Shown: one piece after another, positions 14,013 through 41,037 of the stretch
Numbering within the stretch: position 1 is the stretch's first letter
Layout: every line of letters starts with the position of its first letter
Assembly (NCBI RefSeq): GCF_008831285.2
Contig: NC_045138.2
Span: 33,418,001-33,482,000, forward strand
Length of the DNA stretch: 64,000 nucleotides
Reading direction: 5' to 3'
Source of the DNA: Nymphaea colorata
Lineage: Eukaryota
The notes under the pieces: model-generated
What the model was told of the DNA's origin: nothing
Databases searched by the model: none
Seen by the model: only the letters and a program-made list of their open reading frames with translations
Position numbers and translations under genes: made by a program

Positions 14013-17000
14013 CGCGAAACATTCAAAGATTGCCGTTCAACTTCGAATTCAGTAAATAAAATAAAAGGGTCCCGCTACAGCTGTCCGTCCAAAAAAAGGA
14101 AACATGCCAAGTGGTGGAATGAAAAGGCGGTTAAGTCCAAACTAGCGTGCTCGTTAAGATTAGCTACGAACTTTTAAATTGGAACCAAAATAACTCGCTT
14201 TCCATAAAAATGAACCATCCTGATTGCCTGGTCCGTGAAATTGGTTGCGCTTCAGTCAAAAAAAAAAAAAACTATTGTACGTACATTATGAAATATGAAC
14301 TGAAACATATCATACTCTTACAATGTCCACGCATTCACTGTAGTATTCTCATGGTATCCATAAAAATTGAATATGTTGGGGTTTTATGAGCCTGTGTGCT
14401 TTTATTAATCAACAAATTCAAAATTTTCGGTTCGTTTTGATTCATTTTGTTCTCCAAGAGTCTTAAGATCGGTTTACAAGATTTTGACAACAAGTTTTAA
14501 GTTTTAATCCAAAAAAAAAAAAAAAAAACTAAGAAATCGATCGGATTTTCCTCTTTTCTGGGAGCAATTTATGAGTTTTGATGCAAAATTTTGTGGGTTT
14601 CCACCTGGATCAAATTGAGGCTTGTTCTTGCAAAAACGTTTTAGGATTAGGTTTGGAATGATTTGAAATCAATAATCGACAAAAAACAACAACAATCAAC
14701 TAGATTTTGGTTATTCTCCAAAAAACATGTGCAACAGCATATTTGAAGACGTCGAATCCGATATCGACCGTGGAATACGTGAGATGCATAATATTTGACT
14801 GACGTTTTTCTTTAGCTAGTGCAAGAGTAGCCAAAATATTATTTTATGAAGAAAAGTATGCAGAATTTCTTCACCTTGCCATCCAACTAGCCTATTTAAT
14901 GGTCATGTGACTCGTTCAGGCATTATTCTCCTTCCATAATGACATACCTAGTGATCTCTTGCCCGGACAAGGGTTGTATTATCCTTTGAATTTTGCCACT
15001 TGGAGAGTTCCTCTCAGATTTTACCTTGGGCTTTGACCACTTCCATGCATTTTAAGCTAAATTCTATTAATTAATCTTCTCCTATGTCTGCAATAGTCGT
15101 ATTTAAAGCATATCGCATCTATAGTTTGGGAGGTTACTTGACAAATTAACTAATTTTCATGTAAGTACATATTAATCTATCGCTCACCCAATTCAGGAAG
15201 AGAATAAAGTAATGGACAGCATAGCTGAGATTGACAATGGGGTTGCCACCCTAACAAGGTCGCCCACAAAGAGAGAATGAGCTCGTTTCAAAGCTCATCG
15301 AGATTTGAATTTATTCTACATGTTGTACTTCTATTTTTTGCTTCTTTGAGCCCACAAAAAGGAAAAAGGAAGTCTTAAATTATTTATCTAGTGTAGCCCT
15401 CACTGTCAATATCTTTATGCTATTAATGCACAACTATCGAACAACGCACTATTTCATTTCTTTCTTTCCATTTTTCGTAAATTTATGGTTTCGGTTTAAT
15501 CAAGGTACAAGTAGATGAGACGTACACGGTGTATTTTAGTTAAACAAATTTTATTGCACTACACACAAGGTGTAATAATGTATGTAGATAGAAGTTGCAT
15601 CTGGAAAATATTATCTTTTTTTTGGGTAAAAACTTTTCTCTGATTGGAAAGTAAATTTCCATGGCCATAAACCTGCTCTGGCGGATCTTATTTCCATCAA
15701 CATCAGATGTGCCCTTCGACACCACGAAAGTTAGGCAAATAAAGTACATAAGTCTATCTCACGACCTACAAATATCAGGCCTTACACACAATTTCAACAA
15801 GAAGCTTCGAAGTAAACTATGCAAGAACAAAGGAACCAATCCCTCACCGTGGTTGCATATCAGAGACTGTGATATCATTTGTTGAAGAATTACCAAGCTC
15901 AATTTCTACAAGAGTGGAACCTCTATCTGGAGACCTAGCCTTGCGAGAATAGGCTGGTTGGCTAGGTGAAGCCGGGTTAGCAGAATCACTGCTGAGCATG
16001 AGAACAACGGAGGACATAGTTGGACGCTCTACTGCATCTTCTTGGACACAGAGCAACCCCACATTGACGCACCTCAACACCTGACCCAACTCGTGTGGCG
16101 TCCCCAGCGAATGATCAAGTAATTCCTCAATCTGATCTTCGTTCCATAGCTTCCATGCCTGCATTGCGTTACTCATCCAAGATCACAAAGTTAGCTTGCA
16201 GGTTACCAGTATTAATGCATAATCACATTGTCACCAAGGCTTCAGTTAGCTGCCATCGACATGATATGATAAGCACAAGTTCTACACGTACCGAAGCAAG
16301 CAGTGCAAGATTAGATGTTACTGCTGGTAAACAACAACCTGATACTAAGACAACAAAATGAAAAGCTATCTCGGGCCTTCACCGGTTCAACTGTCTTGCT
16401 TCCCGTGTTACTACCTGCTTTCCAACTGCGGTGGAATGTCTTTTCCGATAAACATGGGAACTGATTCTGTAAGCTCGAGTAAAAAAAAATGTAGTGGGTG
16501 CATCTGATGAAGAGTCACCTCAGTCTTTATGTACATCTCATGCTCATATACGGGTACGTGTATCTGTAAGTTTGAAGAACCACACGCTCAGCTTGTTTCC
16601 TGAATAGGCCAACCATGAATTTTTAGTTGCCAATGAGCTAAACAAGCCAAAAAGGTGAGATGATTTTAGTGTAGCTCACAAAGGTCTCTGTTCTAAGCTA
16701 AATAAACCTAGAGCAAGAGCAAGCCAGTTTACAGGCACACACCATCTGAAGTCAACCATGGATATGGTCGATGATCACCAGAGTTGCTCTACCGCTGTCG
16801 TCGAAAAGTTCAGACTCACCCCACCCTTTAGAACAGATTTGTTCTAAACTTGCAATGCAATTGCACATCAACTGCACAACTGTGCCTTAGAGTTCTACTT
16901 GTTAAATTTCCATTTGAAAATTTTAACCATATCGAGTAATGTTTCATGGTTCAAAACCAGAAAATCCACTTGACTTTGTTGCATTGATGGTTAAACAGGA

Positions 17001-17809
17001 TTTTGCAAAGATTGTAAGTTCGCCAATTTAAATCTTTTGAATTGTCATAGGTTAGAAAATCTTGTTGAAATGTCTATATGGATCCATTTAAGAGTGGATT
17101 AGTTTCTTGGTATCAAATCATGAAAATCACATCCAACAGTTCAATGCAAACGCTTGTAAAATGGATGCACCAGTTTGGTGAAGAGGGTGATTGGATGCTC
17201 ACATGCCCAAGAAGGTTGAGAGAGTACTCCTCGTTGCGGAAGCTTGTCATCTTCAGTCCACTCACGACCTCCAGCACTATGACTCCGAAACTGAAGACAT
17301 CGGATTTGGTGGAGTAGCGCCCTTCCATTGCATATTCTGGTGGCATGTATCCGCTGCATTTTCATCACAAATTTGTGTGAACCTATTACAGATTTTATAC
17401 TATCGAAATTTTTTCAGACGGCTTGCGTTCACAAACTATCAAGAATCTTTTTGTCTCCAGTTAAACTTCTTCAAGATGGGTTTCACCTTGATTATTTATC
17501 TCTGATTTGAGAGTTGAAGTACGTTCCTCTTTTTGTGGGATCAATTCTTCCCCTCATTTAATCGGAACAAAGGGACATGGTTTTGAGTGAAAAACTCGCT
17601 GCAGATCCCTCGACTGGAACTTGATCCCAAGTCTTCGACACCCTCATTAACATCTGCTCCCCACAGGTGCTGGTTCAAGTGAAAATTTCATGATTGTGGT
17701 CTAGGTATACTTAATAGAGGAGATGACATTACCCCCAGTACAAGCTTTTCGTCCATATATGCACGGCGTAGAAGCAGTTGTAATGGGCAACTCAATTAGT
17801 AACTATGTC

Positions 17810-18260
17810 ACCATAGTGAAAGGTGTGGGTACCGGTGCCGGTGCGAATGCTGGTGCCAGTGTGGGTGGGTGCTTGCACATCCTAAAAAAAGCTTGCACAT
17901 CCTAAAAAAACCTAAAAAAATTTAGGTGCCGTGATTATATTTTATTATTATTATTTTAAATTTATTATGATAACAGAATAAACATATTATTACAATTTAG
18001 TTATTAATATTTTATTATTATTATTTTAAATTTATTATATATATAACACAATAAACATATTATTACAATTTAGTTATTAATGTATATAACATATTTGAAT
18101 AATTGTATTGAATAGGAAAATATCAAAATAACATATATTCTTTAAGTAATTTAGTAATATGATATTTTAATTGGGCTCAGGTGTGAGTCAGAGCTGCCCC
18201 CATGTCCGGCCGACTCGATGGAGACTCCTCGATGCAGACTCGGGTGTAACAGCAGTAAAG
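17810..18260. mobile_element. Probable non-autonomous DNA element (MITE- or Helitron-like) in an intron
   Basis: GC-rich ends (gggtaccggtgccggtgcg ... gtccggccgactcg) flank a very AT-rich core with an internal ~70-bp duplication (about 17937-18080). Termini and target-site duplication not resolved. Confidence 0.4.
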
Positions 18261-18330
18261 GGTCTGGAGGCGCATTCATAAGTTCAATTAATCAGTGTAC
18301 CATAGAAAGAGAAAGAAAGAAAGACGCTCA

Positions 18331-18672
<342 letters not shown>

Positions 18673-20057
18673 TCAATAACTAATCAAATATGAATGTGAG
18701 GTATTGGGTTTATATATCAGAAAAATGTAATCCGAGAATTGCTTCCTACATTCTCGGTCGTGGAGAACGTCTTCGTAAGATCAGTCGAAAGCAGATGAAA
18801 GAGTTGTCCACCAAATTTTGCCTAAATAAGACTTCATATCCCAATGCTTTCACGTCAAATTAGTACGGAAATATTAAATGCGCATGCAAGAAAGTGAGAA
18901 GAGCAAGAGAACGGAGAATGACAAACCGAAAAGGAAATGGTCGAGGCTTTTGTTGGGCATGTATTCGTAGATCAAATCCGCTCTTCTCCTTCAGCGCAGC
19001 ATCTGACCAACTGAACCAGATTTGTATGCTGAAGCTTCGCTATCAGCTTCAGCTCGTTCATGAACTCATCGAGACCTTGCTTTGAAACCCTGGACAGCCT
19101 CTTGATAGCTACTTCTTGTCCTCCTGGGAGCCCGCCCTTAAACATAACATACAAGCATTTACTTACCTTTCATTCCAGTCTAACTTCGAATGAAAGGGTA
19201 TACTAATCTGCTGAAGGCCAGAGAAAGTTGCAAATATGAAGCGACACTTAAGCTTTTTACGTTTGCAACAATGATGTATTTCGAATAGAAGCTCGTCTTG
19301 CACAGGCTTTGTTAATTCGCATGGAAATGTGCACCAAAAATGCCAGAACTCTTACATGCACCAGATCCGGCTCATTTGCACACACGATCAACATCAATTT
19401 AAGAACCAAAAAAAAAATGTAGATGGAATGGATCCAGATCCATATGAGGGAGTAAGAGAGAGAGAGAGAGAGAATACTCTGTAAACAGGGCCAAAGCCTC
19501 CCTGTCCAATCTTACTTGATGCAGAAAAGTTGTTGGTTGCTGCCATGATATCTCTTAACCTATAAAACGGCAGGTCGGTGCCTCCGCTTTCTTTTTGTGC
19601 TTCTTCAAGAAGAACTCCCGCAGAGGCATCTCTCTGCTTTCGTGCACCTGTGCCCATTCATTTGGCATCACAGAATTCGTCGAGGTTAATCGGAGAAAGA
19701 ACAATAAAATACATGTAAAAATGATCGACATTAATAGTCTTCATAGTTTGTTCTACTTATCGTGCTATTTATTCATGATAAAAGAAAAGCAAATAAAATA
19801 TATGTATGCCTGAAATTACTGGCGTGCAATATTGTAGATATCTTTTTCACTAACACGATGTCGTTTGCATATGCGCATAAACTATAAAGCAAAAAAACAA
19901 ACCTGCAGCTTTTTTCGCCTTGGACTTCGATAAATAACATGCTCCGGCAGCAGCAAATAGAATTACCAGCGAAGTAACCGCAACCGTAACCGTGATTATA
20001 ACTGGTGGTAAGTGTTTCTTTCCTCCAACTGCATCTGCATGCCATCAAAGAAGACAG

Positions 20058-20425
20058 CATAGTTAAAAAAGGCGCATTTTTTTAAGAAAAAAAATGCATT
20101 AAAAATGCGAAAAGGAAATCAGTCGAATAAAACAATAAAAAATACTAAAAACCAACAAAAAGCGTTTTCCCGTTTTTCTTTTTAAGCATTTTTTTTCATT
20201 TTTTTAGTGGCAACTTCTTGGTTTTATTTTTCTATTTTTTATTTGTTACTTATTTATTTATTTTTTGATGTTGTCTTATTACTTTCTCATATATTTTATT
20301 TTTTCTAATTTTTAAAATTTTAGAATTTTCTAAAGTTTTACCATATTTTTTTCTTATTTTTTTGAAGCTGGGTGTACTCAAAGACCCCCATTGTAAAAAA
20401 CGAGAAAACTATATTTTATAACTTC
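20058..20425. mobile_element. Probable non-autonomous element next to the TM-exon acceptor
   Basis: Starts catagttaaaaaaggcg, has a T-rich body with cgtttt motifs and ends near ttttataact, loosely inverted to the start. Family not assignable. Confidence 0.35.
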
Positions 20426-21029
20426 CATTATTCTTGATTCAAAGAATATTGAAAGTTCAAATGTTATTTCCACCACTCAATGGATGTTTTTCACCGTCGC
20501 TCAATTGAGGGTTTCTGAAACCCTTCCCAAGTGAGGGTTTTCGTTGGGCAAGGGTTTATCTATGAGAGTTTGTTTCAGAAGCCCTTTATGAAAGGTAAGG
20601 CTATCTTCGATTTGTTTTTGTTTTTGTTTTTTTTTAGATTTTCTTATGTAACTGTTACTCTGATGCTCTGCAGAACATCAATCTTCACTCTTCAACCTCT
20701 CGTGCATAACAGCAACTGTGCAGGGCCAGTTATTGCTGAATGCCTGATTGAAATGGAAACGCTTCACAGCAGTCGGGGGTTACAATGTAGCCGAACCTCC
20801 GTGATGAATGTTGCGTGATGATTTTTCATTACAATTTACAATTCGTCATTATCTTTTGTCTCTTTATATTTCAGTTATGGGAAGCCAATAATACAAAACC
20901 TCTATAATGAGATTCGGTTGCTTCACAGAATCACACAATCTTGTGGATGGTGTTTTGTTTTATGAACTTTTGATCAAAGAACTTCATTACGTTATAAATA
21001 GACATTTTTATGACGGTGTTTTGTCACCG

Positions 21030-21295
21030 TAGAGCTCGTTTAAACGAGCTCCAAATGAGCTCGACGAGTCGAGAAGAATTTGAGATAAAATATATATTTT
21101 TGAGTTAAAAAAATGCAGTAGCTTACGAGCAAAACGAGCTCGAGATCTCGAGCCTCCTCTGTTCAGCTCCAGGTTTTTTCAGTGGAGCCGAACTCGAGCC
21201 TTTTCTGTTGAGCTCGATTGGAGTTCGAGCGAAGCTCAACTCGAGGTCGAGGTTTTTTCAGCTTGAACTCGTCTCAACTCATGTTCACCTGGTAC
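21030..21295. mobile_element. GAGCTCG/CTCGAG-rich repeat, likely a non-autonomous DNA transposon
   Basis: Many gagctcg/ctcgag/aactcg motifs in both orientations, including the palindrome gagctcgtttaaacgagctc, resembling subterminal repeats of plant DNA transposons. Confidence 0.5.
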
Positions 21296-23509
21296 CATTT
21301 GCACCCGTCCTTTACTACCACCACCCCGATAAAGGTGAAGCTGGAACATGAAAGGGTTATTTGGCAATGGAGTCGATTCATGAACACTTAGTTTTAGAGT
21401 AAGCTTTATTAGCATAGTGATAACTTTATGAAAAGCTTGCAGAATGTTTCAAACTACCAAACAATAACTAAAAGAACATGCCACCAACCATTGTCATCCC
21501 GCCACTTATGTCCATTTAATGTAGTCTTTCAAACTGCCAAACAATAACGAAAAGAACATGCCACGAACCATTTTCATTGCATCACTCATATATATAGCTT
21601 GGCATGCTCCTTTCATGTCAATTCCTTATCAATTCAATCATTTTCATTGTACACGCTCATATTTAAGGCCGGCTGACCGCTGTGGGGCTTCCGTGGAGGT
21701 TGATTGTAAATGAACTTCGATCTTTGTATATTTTAACCCTTTCCTATCTGATTTCCACCCTAGATCACGAGTACTCAACCCTTTCACTTCACCCCCGGCG
21801 TCTCTCTTCGATCGTTAAATGGGGTAGTTGATCTCCACGCAACACGCATGAAAAATAAAAATAAAATGAAATTTGAAAGAGTACATCATGTGCATGAAGC
21901 AGGTGAAGTTACCTGAATTTCCGGAATTTGCAACCCGGACAAATGTGCTGTCTGCAGTACTATCATTATTTCCCTGCACGAGATTTGGCACATCTCCTTT
22001 CCATGTGAAACACGTACCATCTCGGTAAGAATAAGCTGTGCAGGAGCAGTCGGTCATGCAAGCCAATCCACAACTCTCACCCGTTCCACCCGTCGCGTTA
22101 CTACTGTAAGGGTCAGAAGATCCTTTAATTAATGTCTTAGTAAAACGATCACCTTCACACTGCAATCTATTCTTCCTCCTGCACCCTCCGGACCAAGCGT
22201 TTGATTCCCATTCTTGGGCTGATGCAGGTTCGAAACCGTCCAAGCACTCACACAAATGCATGTTCTCCTTAAGCTGGTTATTGCAGACTCCGAATCCTAA
22301 GCAAACAGCATAGACATCACACTGATCTGCGGGCCGCCACCAGAAAACGTCCCAGCTCTCTGTCGATTTTTTCCACGTTGCTTGCTTGATCTGCCCATTG
22401 ACATCAATCTTAGTCCTTGTCAGCGTGCTGCTGTTGTAGACCGAGTAAGTATAATAGCTCATGTTGTCGTTGACGATAAAAACTGGCGTTAAAGCGGCTG
22501 CTGGCGATTCTCATCTCAGGCATCCCAGTAAAAATCTGTCCATCCCAAACCCCTGTAGTCCAGTACTCGTGGGTGTTGTTTCAGTACAACGGGAGCTCGA
22601 GGCTTCCGTTTGGATTAATCTTTTGAGATAAAAGACCAGAAGAAGGGTCGTCTTTGCTCTTCCATGAGGTGATCGCTATGTATTGCTTGGTGACTTTGTT
22701 CACTCCCACTCGTCCATCGGGCAGGAACGTATCGGTGGGATGGTCGAAACTCTCCCATACAACAGCGGCGCTGGAAGAATTTCCATCCATCAGAGCAAGA
22801 TTGCCATTGTTCTGAAGAACAGCAACTCTTGCTGCAGGGTGAGATGATGGAGTTGGTGTCGAGTTTGTCGACCAGATCAGGGAGCCAGATTTAGTCTGAA
22901 TGACCAAGCTGCTACCATCTTCTGAGATCTTCAATTCGGCTATGTTGTTTTGGAGAGGCGTGTCTCTGTTGGCCACCCACACCACGTTGTCATCCTTGAC
23001 GTCCGTGTACCATATGCCTATATAGTATCTGGCTGGACTGCCAAGAGAAAAGTAGCCCAGTTCAAACTTCCCACCTTTAGAGGTGATTGTTTGATTTCCC
23101 GTTATAAAATGGCCTGCAGAGATGGTGTCTCCCGAAAGACGTGGATGGAACTGCAGGAGTATGAAGCAGAAGGCCAACAAGAAAGGCCGAAATAAAATCC
23201 TCCGGCCATGCGGCTGCAGCAAAAGCTCGACACCTTCTAAAGTCTCCATAGCAGCAGGCAAAAGCTTTGAGGATGGCACGCCGGAGAAGTAGAGGAATAA
23301 GCGGATGAAATGGAACTAAAATAATCGCAATGTTATTGCACCAACGCCATCATGCTTTATTACCACATCGCTATCCAAGTAGGTTGCGTCTATATCTTTG
23401 ATGAAGGATATACTTACCTCCGAGTTGTTGGTGCTCGCTGATCTAGAATGATGTTTCCCAACACCATGACGCCAAGCTCAGGCGAGTAACCCCACCTAAT
23501 TTGCTTGTC

Positions 23510-23512
<3 letters not shown>

Positions 23513-23550
<38 letters not shown>
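23513..23550. repeat. (TA)n microsatellite
   Basis: About 19 TA units roughly 270 bp upstream of the SD1 pseudogene start. Confidence 0.95.
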
Positions 23551-23551
<1 letters not shown>

Positions 23552-24849
23552 TTTTCACGTCTACCACTTATTTCTTTTGTAATCGGTTAAGCACTACCAG
23601 TTTTTGGAGCTCGATCACCAAAGCATTTGTTGTATACTTTTCAAATGAACATCGACCGCTCAGGGATGAGAACGACTTCCATTCAACCGAATTGTCAATC
23701 CTTTGAAAGCACCTCTCACATGCCACCACCTTGGAACGGCCTTTCTTAACTATGGAACATAATTAAACGTAATTGAAAATACCTCTTCCATACCAAAGGA
23801 AAAATGACTTTTACCATCAAACGTAATTGAAAATACCAGTCCAAATTATATCTTCACAAGCATCGGCCTTTCTTAACTATGGAACATAATTAAATAAGCT
23901 ATCTACACGTACGGTGGAACTCAGATATTTCTGGTATAAAACTTAATATATAAGATTTTACATCACCTGCAATGACGAATCGATGAAATCTCTCTGTTTT
24001 AGTGGCATAGACTCAGAATGTGTCCACTGTTTTCCATTTGTACAAATAAAAAAGAAGAGTAAATTAATGAACTATCGACTGACCAGTGGTCGAAGGCTGA
24101 TGAATCCTACTTTTCAAAGCGTATGAGTGATAGCCAGGGCGTCCTCACCTGGACCACCAATTTACATCGCCTAGAGACACCCAGACTGGGGCCGATGATT
24201 ATATATAAACATACAACTTGACTTTCCACCATGATGTTCTCCATGCGTTGCGGAACCATAGGCAACAAAAATTCCAAATTAAGATGCTGCTAGCTTTTGT
24301 CTGTGATTAAATCATGAATGCTTTACTTTATGCAAGCTAAAGTGGTGCGTTTAGATATATATTTTCTTTGGTGAGAATAGATTTATAAAATTTCATGCTC
24401 ATAACTATGAGATTTGAACCTGGAATCCTTTGAGTGTCAGCCACCTTTACCTTTACATTACATCTCTTGAGTCCATGAAACAGCTCTTGAGGTGGGAGAC
24501 TTAAATTATTCACGTTGCTTTAATTATCTGCCAAACTTCATGTCCCTCTCACATTTTTTAATTGCATTAAAAAGGGTTGGTGAAGGAGGATAAAGTTGGG
24601 ACTGCCTCACAGGCTGCCATGTTTCGATGACACAGTCTACCCGGTCCCCACTTCTACCATTTTAGTGGGGTTCGATCAACTTTTATTGCGGTTCAATGTT
24701 GGGTACAGTGAACATTCTGAACGTGTCACAAGCAAAATAAATTGGACAAAGAGATAGATGACATAGTCAAAGATCCATATCCTATCATCGGCCTGCTGGA
24801 TATCTAATATATCTTGCTATAACCCTGCTGGATATCTAATTTATCTTGC

Positions 24850-25640
24850 TATAACCTGGCTAGATATACTTCATGCCATCCAGATTTTAAGTCAACTCAT
24901 GGATCAACCAAGACTACCTCGTTTGGACATCGCTCATAGAGTACTTCGTTATTTAAAGGGGACACCGGGGCATAGAGTATTGTTGCCGTCATTTAGCAAG
25001 ATCGATCTTGTTGAGCAATGTGATTTAGATGAAGCATCATGCCCAATTTTGTAGAGATCAAAAAGCAAATGTTGTGCGTCTATCAATAAAAGTTAAATAC
25101 CAGGGAAATCCAAGAAAACAACAATTGAATCAAGGCCTTCGGCAGAAGCAGCGTATAGATCTATGGCAGCAGGTTGCTGCAAACGTACATTGGATTCAAT
25201 CACGATCGACTTATGGTTTTGCATTGTGACAATCAAACTGCTCTTCACATAGCAGTCATTCAAGTCTTTCACAAACGTACAAAACATATCAAGAATACTT
25301 GTCACATAATTAGTGATAAGGTTCAAAATACAAAGATTCGAACATGATTTGTGTCCAGACAATCTCGGGAAGGCACTAGGATGTGCATCACTTGCAAGGA
25401 TGAGAAGCAAGTTGGGATTAACAGATGAAGGAGATCCAACTTGAGGAGGGGTGTGGAAAGTCGTCCTTGCTATGTGGAGGCATGCTCTCTTTCCTTCTCT
25501 ATATGTGCTGCAGCCGTCTAAATGAACCCACAAAAGAAGAACGAAAGTTTCTTCAAGTAGGAAGTTGTACATTTCCTGGTTGTGCCATGATTGTTTTTGT
25601 ATGGCAAGTTGTGAGATAAAAATTGTATACATTCACATCG
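24850..25640 (+). mobile_element. Degenerate Ty1/copia 3' end: RT C-terminus, RNase H, polypurine tract and probable LTR
   Basis: Plus-strand fragments translate to LDILHAIQILSQLMDQPR...AHRVLRYLKGTPG, SAEAAYRSMAA, LHCDNQTALHIA and VFHKRTKHI, all typical Copia pol motifs. A polypurine run gaggagggg at 25443-25451 is followed by TG at 25452. The LTR end near 25637 is uncertain. Confidence 0.85.
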
Positions 25641-25746
25641 ATGTGTGCATGATAAGAAAATAGCTCCTTTATTCCCCACGTTTGCAGCCTTGTAATCTAA
25701 TCTTTTGTGTTACTTCCCTTTGCAGAGAGAACTTGTATACTCAAGT

Positions 25747-32432
<6,686 letters not shown>

Positions 32433-32437
32433 TCTCT

Positions 32438-32474
<37 letters not shown>

Positions 32475-35085
32475 TGTGTCACTCCGCAGGCATAAATTTA
32501 AGAGACAAAATAAAAGATGTAGACTTATTGAGAGAATTTAATGTGGTGGGTGGGTTGGATTCAATGAAATAATCTCGCTGACATGGCTGGGTTTGGCTGC
32601 AAGCAAGTTGTTTTGCCTAGAAATTACTTAGAGAAACAAAAATTTCAAGGATGAAAAAATAAATCAACAGTAGTGGCTTGCAAGAGGCCGAACACAACAG
32701 TGCATCTTCGACCTTGAGTATTCGCCGTGGGTGGTGGGTTTTGGATCGAGTTGCACGCAATAAGTATGCATCAAAAAAGGTGGAGGGTATTTCATAAATT
32801 TTTTTAATTAAATTTTTTTAATAAAATAATGGGTAGTATAGACTTTTTAACTTTTTCACACCCCTTTTTTACTTTTTTTTAAAAAGTCTTTTTTATTTTA
32901 ATAAAAGTATTTTAATCGTTATACAGTCTTGTGCATAATTTTTTTTTATTGTGCACATAGCCGGCTTGGGGCTACCTTGGGTGCCTTACTTGTTTCCTCT
33001 GGCCCTAACTGTAGTCCTTTTCTGTGCTTTTATTGTTACTCTTAGCAGGGGCGGGGCCAGTACTTTGCTCTTGGATATCGAACTGTCATGCGACATAATA
33101 AATATAAATTTTTTTCGGACCGAACTACCATGCGCTGCAATAAATATAATTTTTTTTTTTTTTTTACTTTTCATAAAGGCTAACGCATACTTTTCAAAAG
33201 TATTAAAGGGTTCAAACATACATTTTGAAAAAAAAAATTAACGAGTAAATTTTAGTTTTTCAAAATAAGCATCCAGATAGACTTGATGGACAGATTATTG
33301 GCGATATGAGACTTGATCATTGTTGGGCTTCGCTTCTCATATATTGAAACTTGTTTGTGATGCCTAGAGTGCAACCACGAGTTGCTCACACTCTTCCCCT
33401 TGTTGCTATTCAATATTAGCTCTTGAACTTGAAGGTCTCGTGCCTTTTTCGTTGGGCAGTATACAGGGGCTTCGTTTTTCAACCCAACTTTCATGAGTAG
33501 ACTATGTACTTGAGACTTTTTCTTTGGTCCTTGGACTTTAAACTAATCCAGGAGAATGCTTCCTAATTTTTGTCAATGCATATCATAAAACACATGCATG
33601 CATATATATGTGTGTGTGTCTTATTTTGATTGTTACTTATCCAAAGTCAACGACAAAAGGTAACAAACATCAATTTTTTTCTTCAAGATTGCTACTTTAA
33701 CCGTGCTCATATATAAACCATTTACTCCTGTTTATGAAACTTATGATGAATGCACGACAGACTCCCAAACACATCGTATAGTGTTTTAAATTTTCTTTGC
33801 AATATAGCTACGTAAGTAGATGAAAAATATAAAAACATGTAAACTTAATATATATATATATATATATGAAAAACTGATACCATGTTATGCTTTTCAAAAT
33901 GAAAACATGTTCTTGAAGTGCGTGTTCTAGAGGCATGGATTTAAAGATCAAAATACTCGTGTTCTTAAACACTGTTGGACAAGGACAGCAAGTCAAATGC
34001 TGCTAATGTTCGCCTAATCAAGTGCTTTATTTTTCTTCTTTTAATTTTCGGGGAAGATTCTCCTTCGGTCTTTTGTCGTCAGTAGGAGACTAAATTCTTT
34101 CCTTTTTGACTATTGAAGAAAGAAAAATGGTTTCTTGACATATTTTGAAAATGGGTTGATCAGTCTTGAAACGGTTTGGGGTAGTGGGAGCAAGTAGCGG
34201 ATGTCACAAGAGCAGTCGTGGTCGACTCTTGCGGGTATCTGTAGTCTCGTCTCTAGTTCAAAAAAGGATCTAACGAAACCAGTCAGAGACGGTCAGATTG
34301 TTCCTCTTTCTTTGCGAAAATTTTATACAGTATCCACATGTTCCAGATGATTGAATACTTACAAATTCCAGATGAGTGAAGCGTCGTATGTGTAATAAGC
34401 ATCTCACTACTGCCAAAAATTTTGAATGGTTTAATACTCTAGAGGTAGTACAAAAGTCTATTACAAAGTCAAAATTTGTGCTGAATCTCGTCCATGAAAT
34501 TGCTTGTTTACAGCGAAGATGGTCAAATACGGTTCGTAATTTCGAATACCAGGCCAAAACAAATCCATGGAAATTCTTAGGTAGGGAAGTTCAAAGTTTC
34601 AAACCTTCTCACCAAATAAAAAAGGACAACAGTGAGGGGATTCTCCATTTCTCCCGGTTGTAGAAACAAATACAGTACATCTAAATCAGCCACTAAAGAA
34701 AACCAAAAAAATTAGTGCCACCTCCATGAAAATTGGAACAAAGGCGAAAGCTGTACTATAAACAGTTAACGAAGAATTACAGCAAATGCCTTTCAAGTCC
34801 AGATCATCGAAGGTGAAGGTCCTCAGTGCGCGCTCTTCCATCTATTTGCCTCATTTTTTCCTGCTTCCCAGCATAACGAACCTCCATGGTCGAGCCCTTT
34901 TTCCTGTGAATAAATGCTTCTACAATCCGACTCTATACAAGCTGAAGGGTGAACAAAGTAATTTCAACCAAAGTTACATCAAGCACCTATCTTCCGTATT
35001 TGCTCAAGTGGCTGGTCGCAGTTTTATTGGTCTACTCCGTTCTAAAGAATGAGGTGAAATGTATAGGAGAGTTGTGTTCACAAGT

Positions 35086-41037
<5,952 letters not shown>

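Noticed and set aside
13569..14177. Several overlapping ORFs in the GC-rich island
   Set aside because: Low-complexity products of the CT tract and the 45-bp duplication; no recognisable domain.
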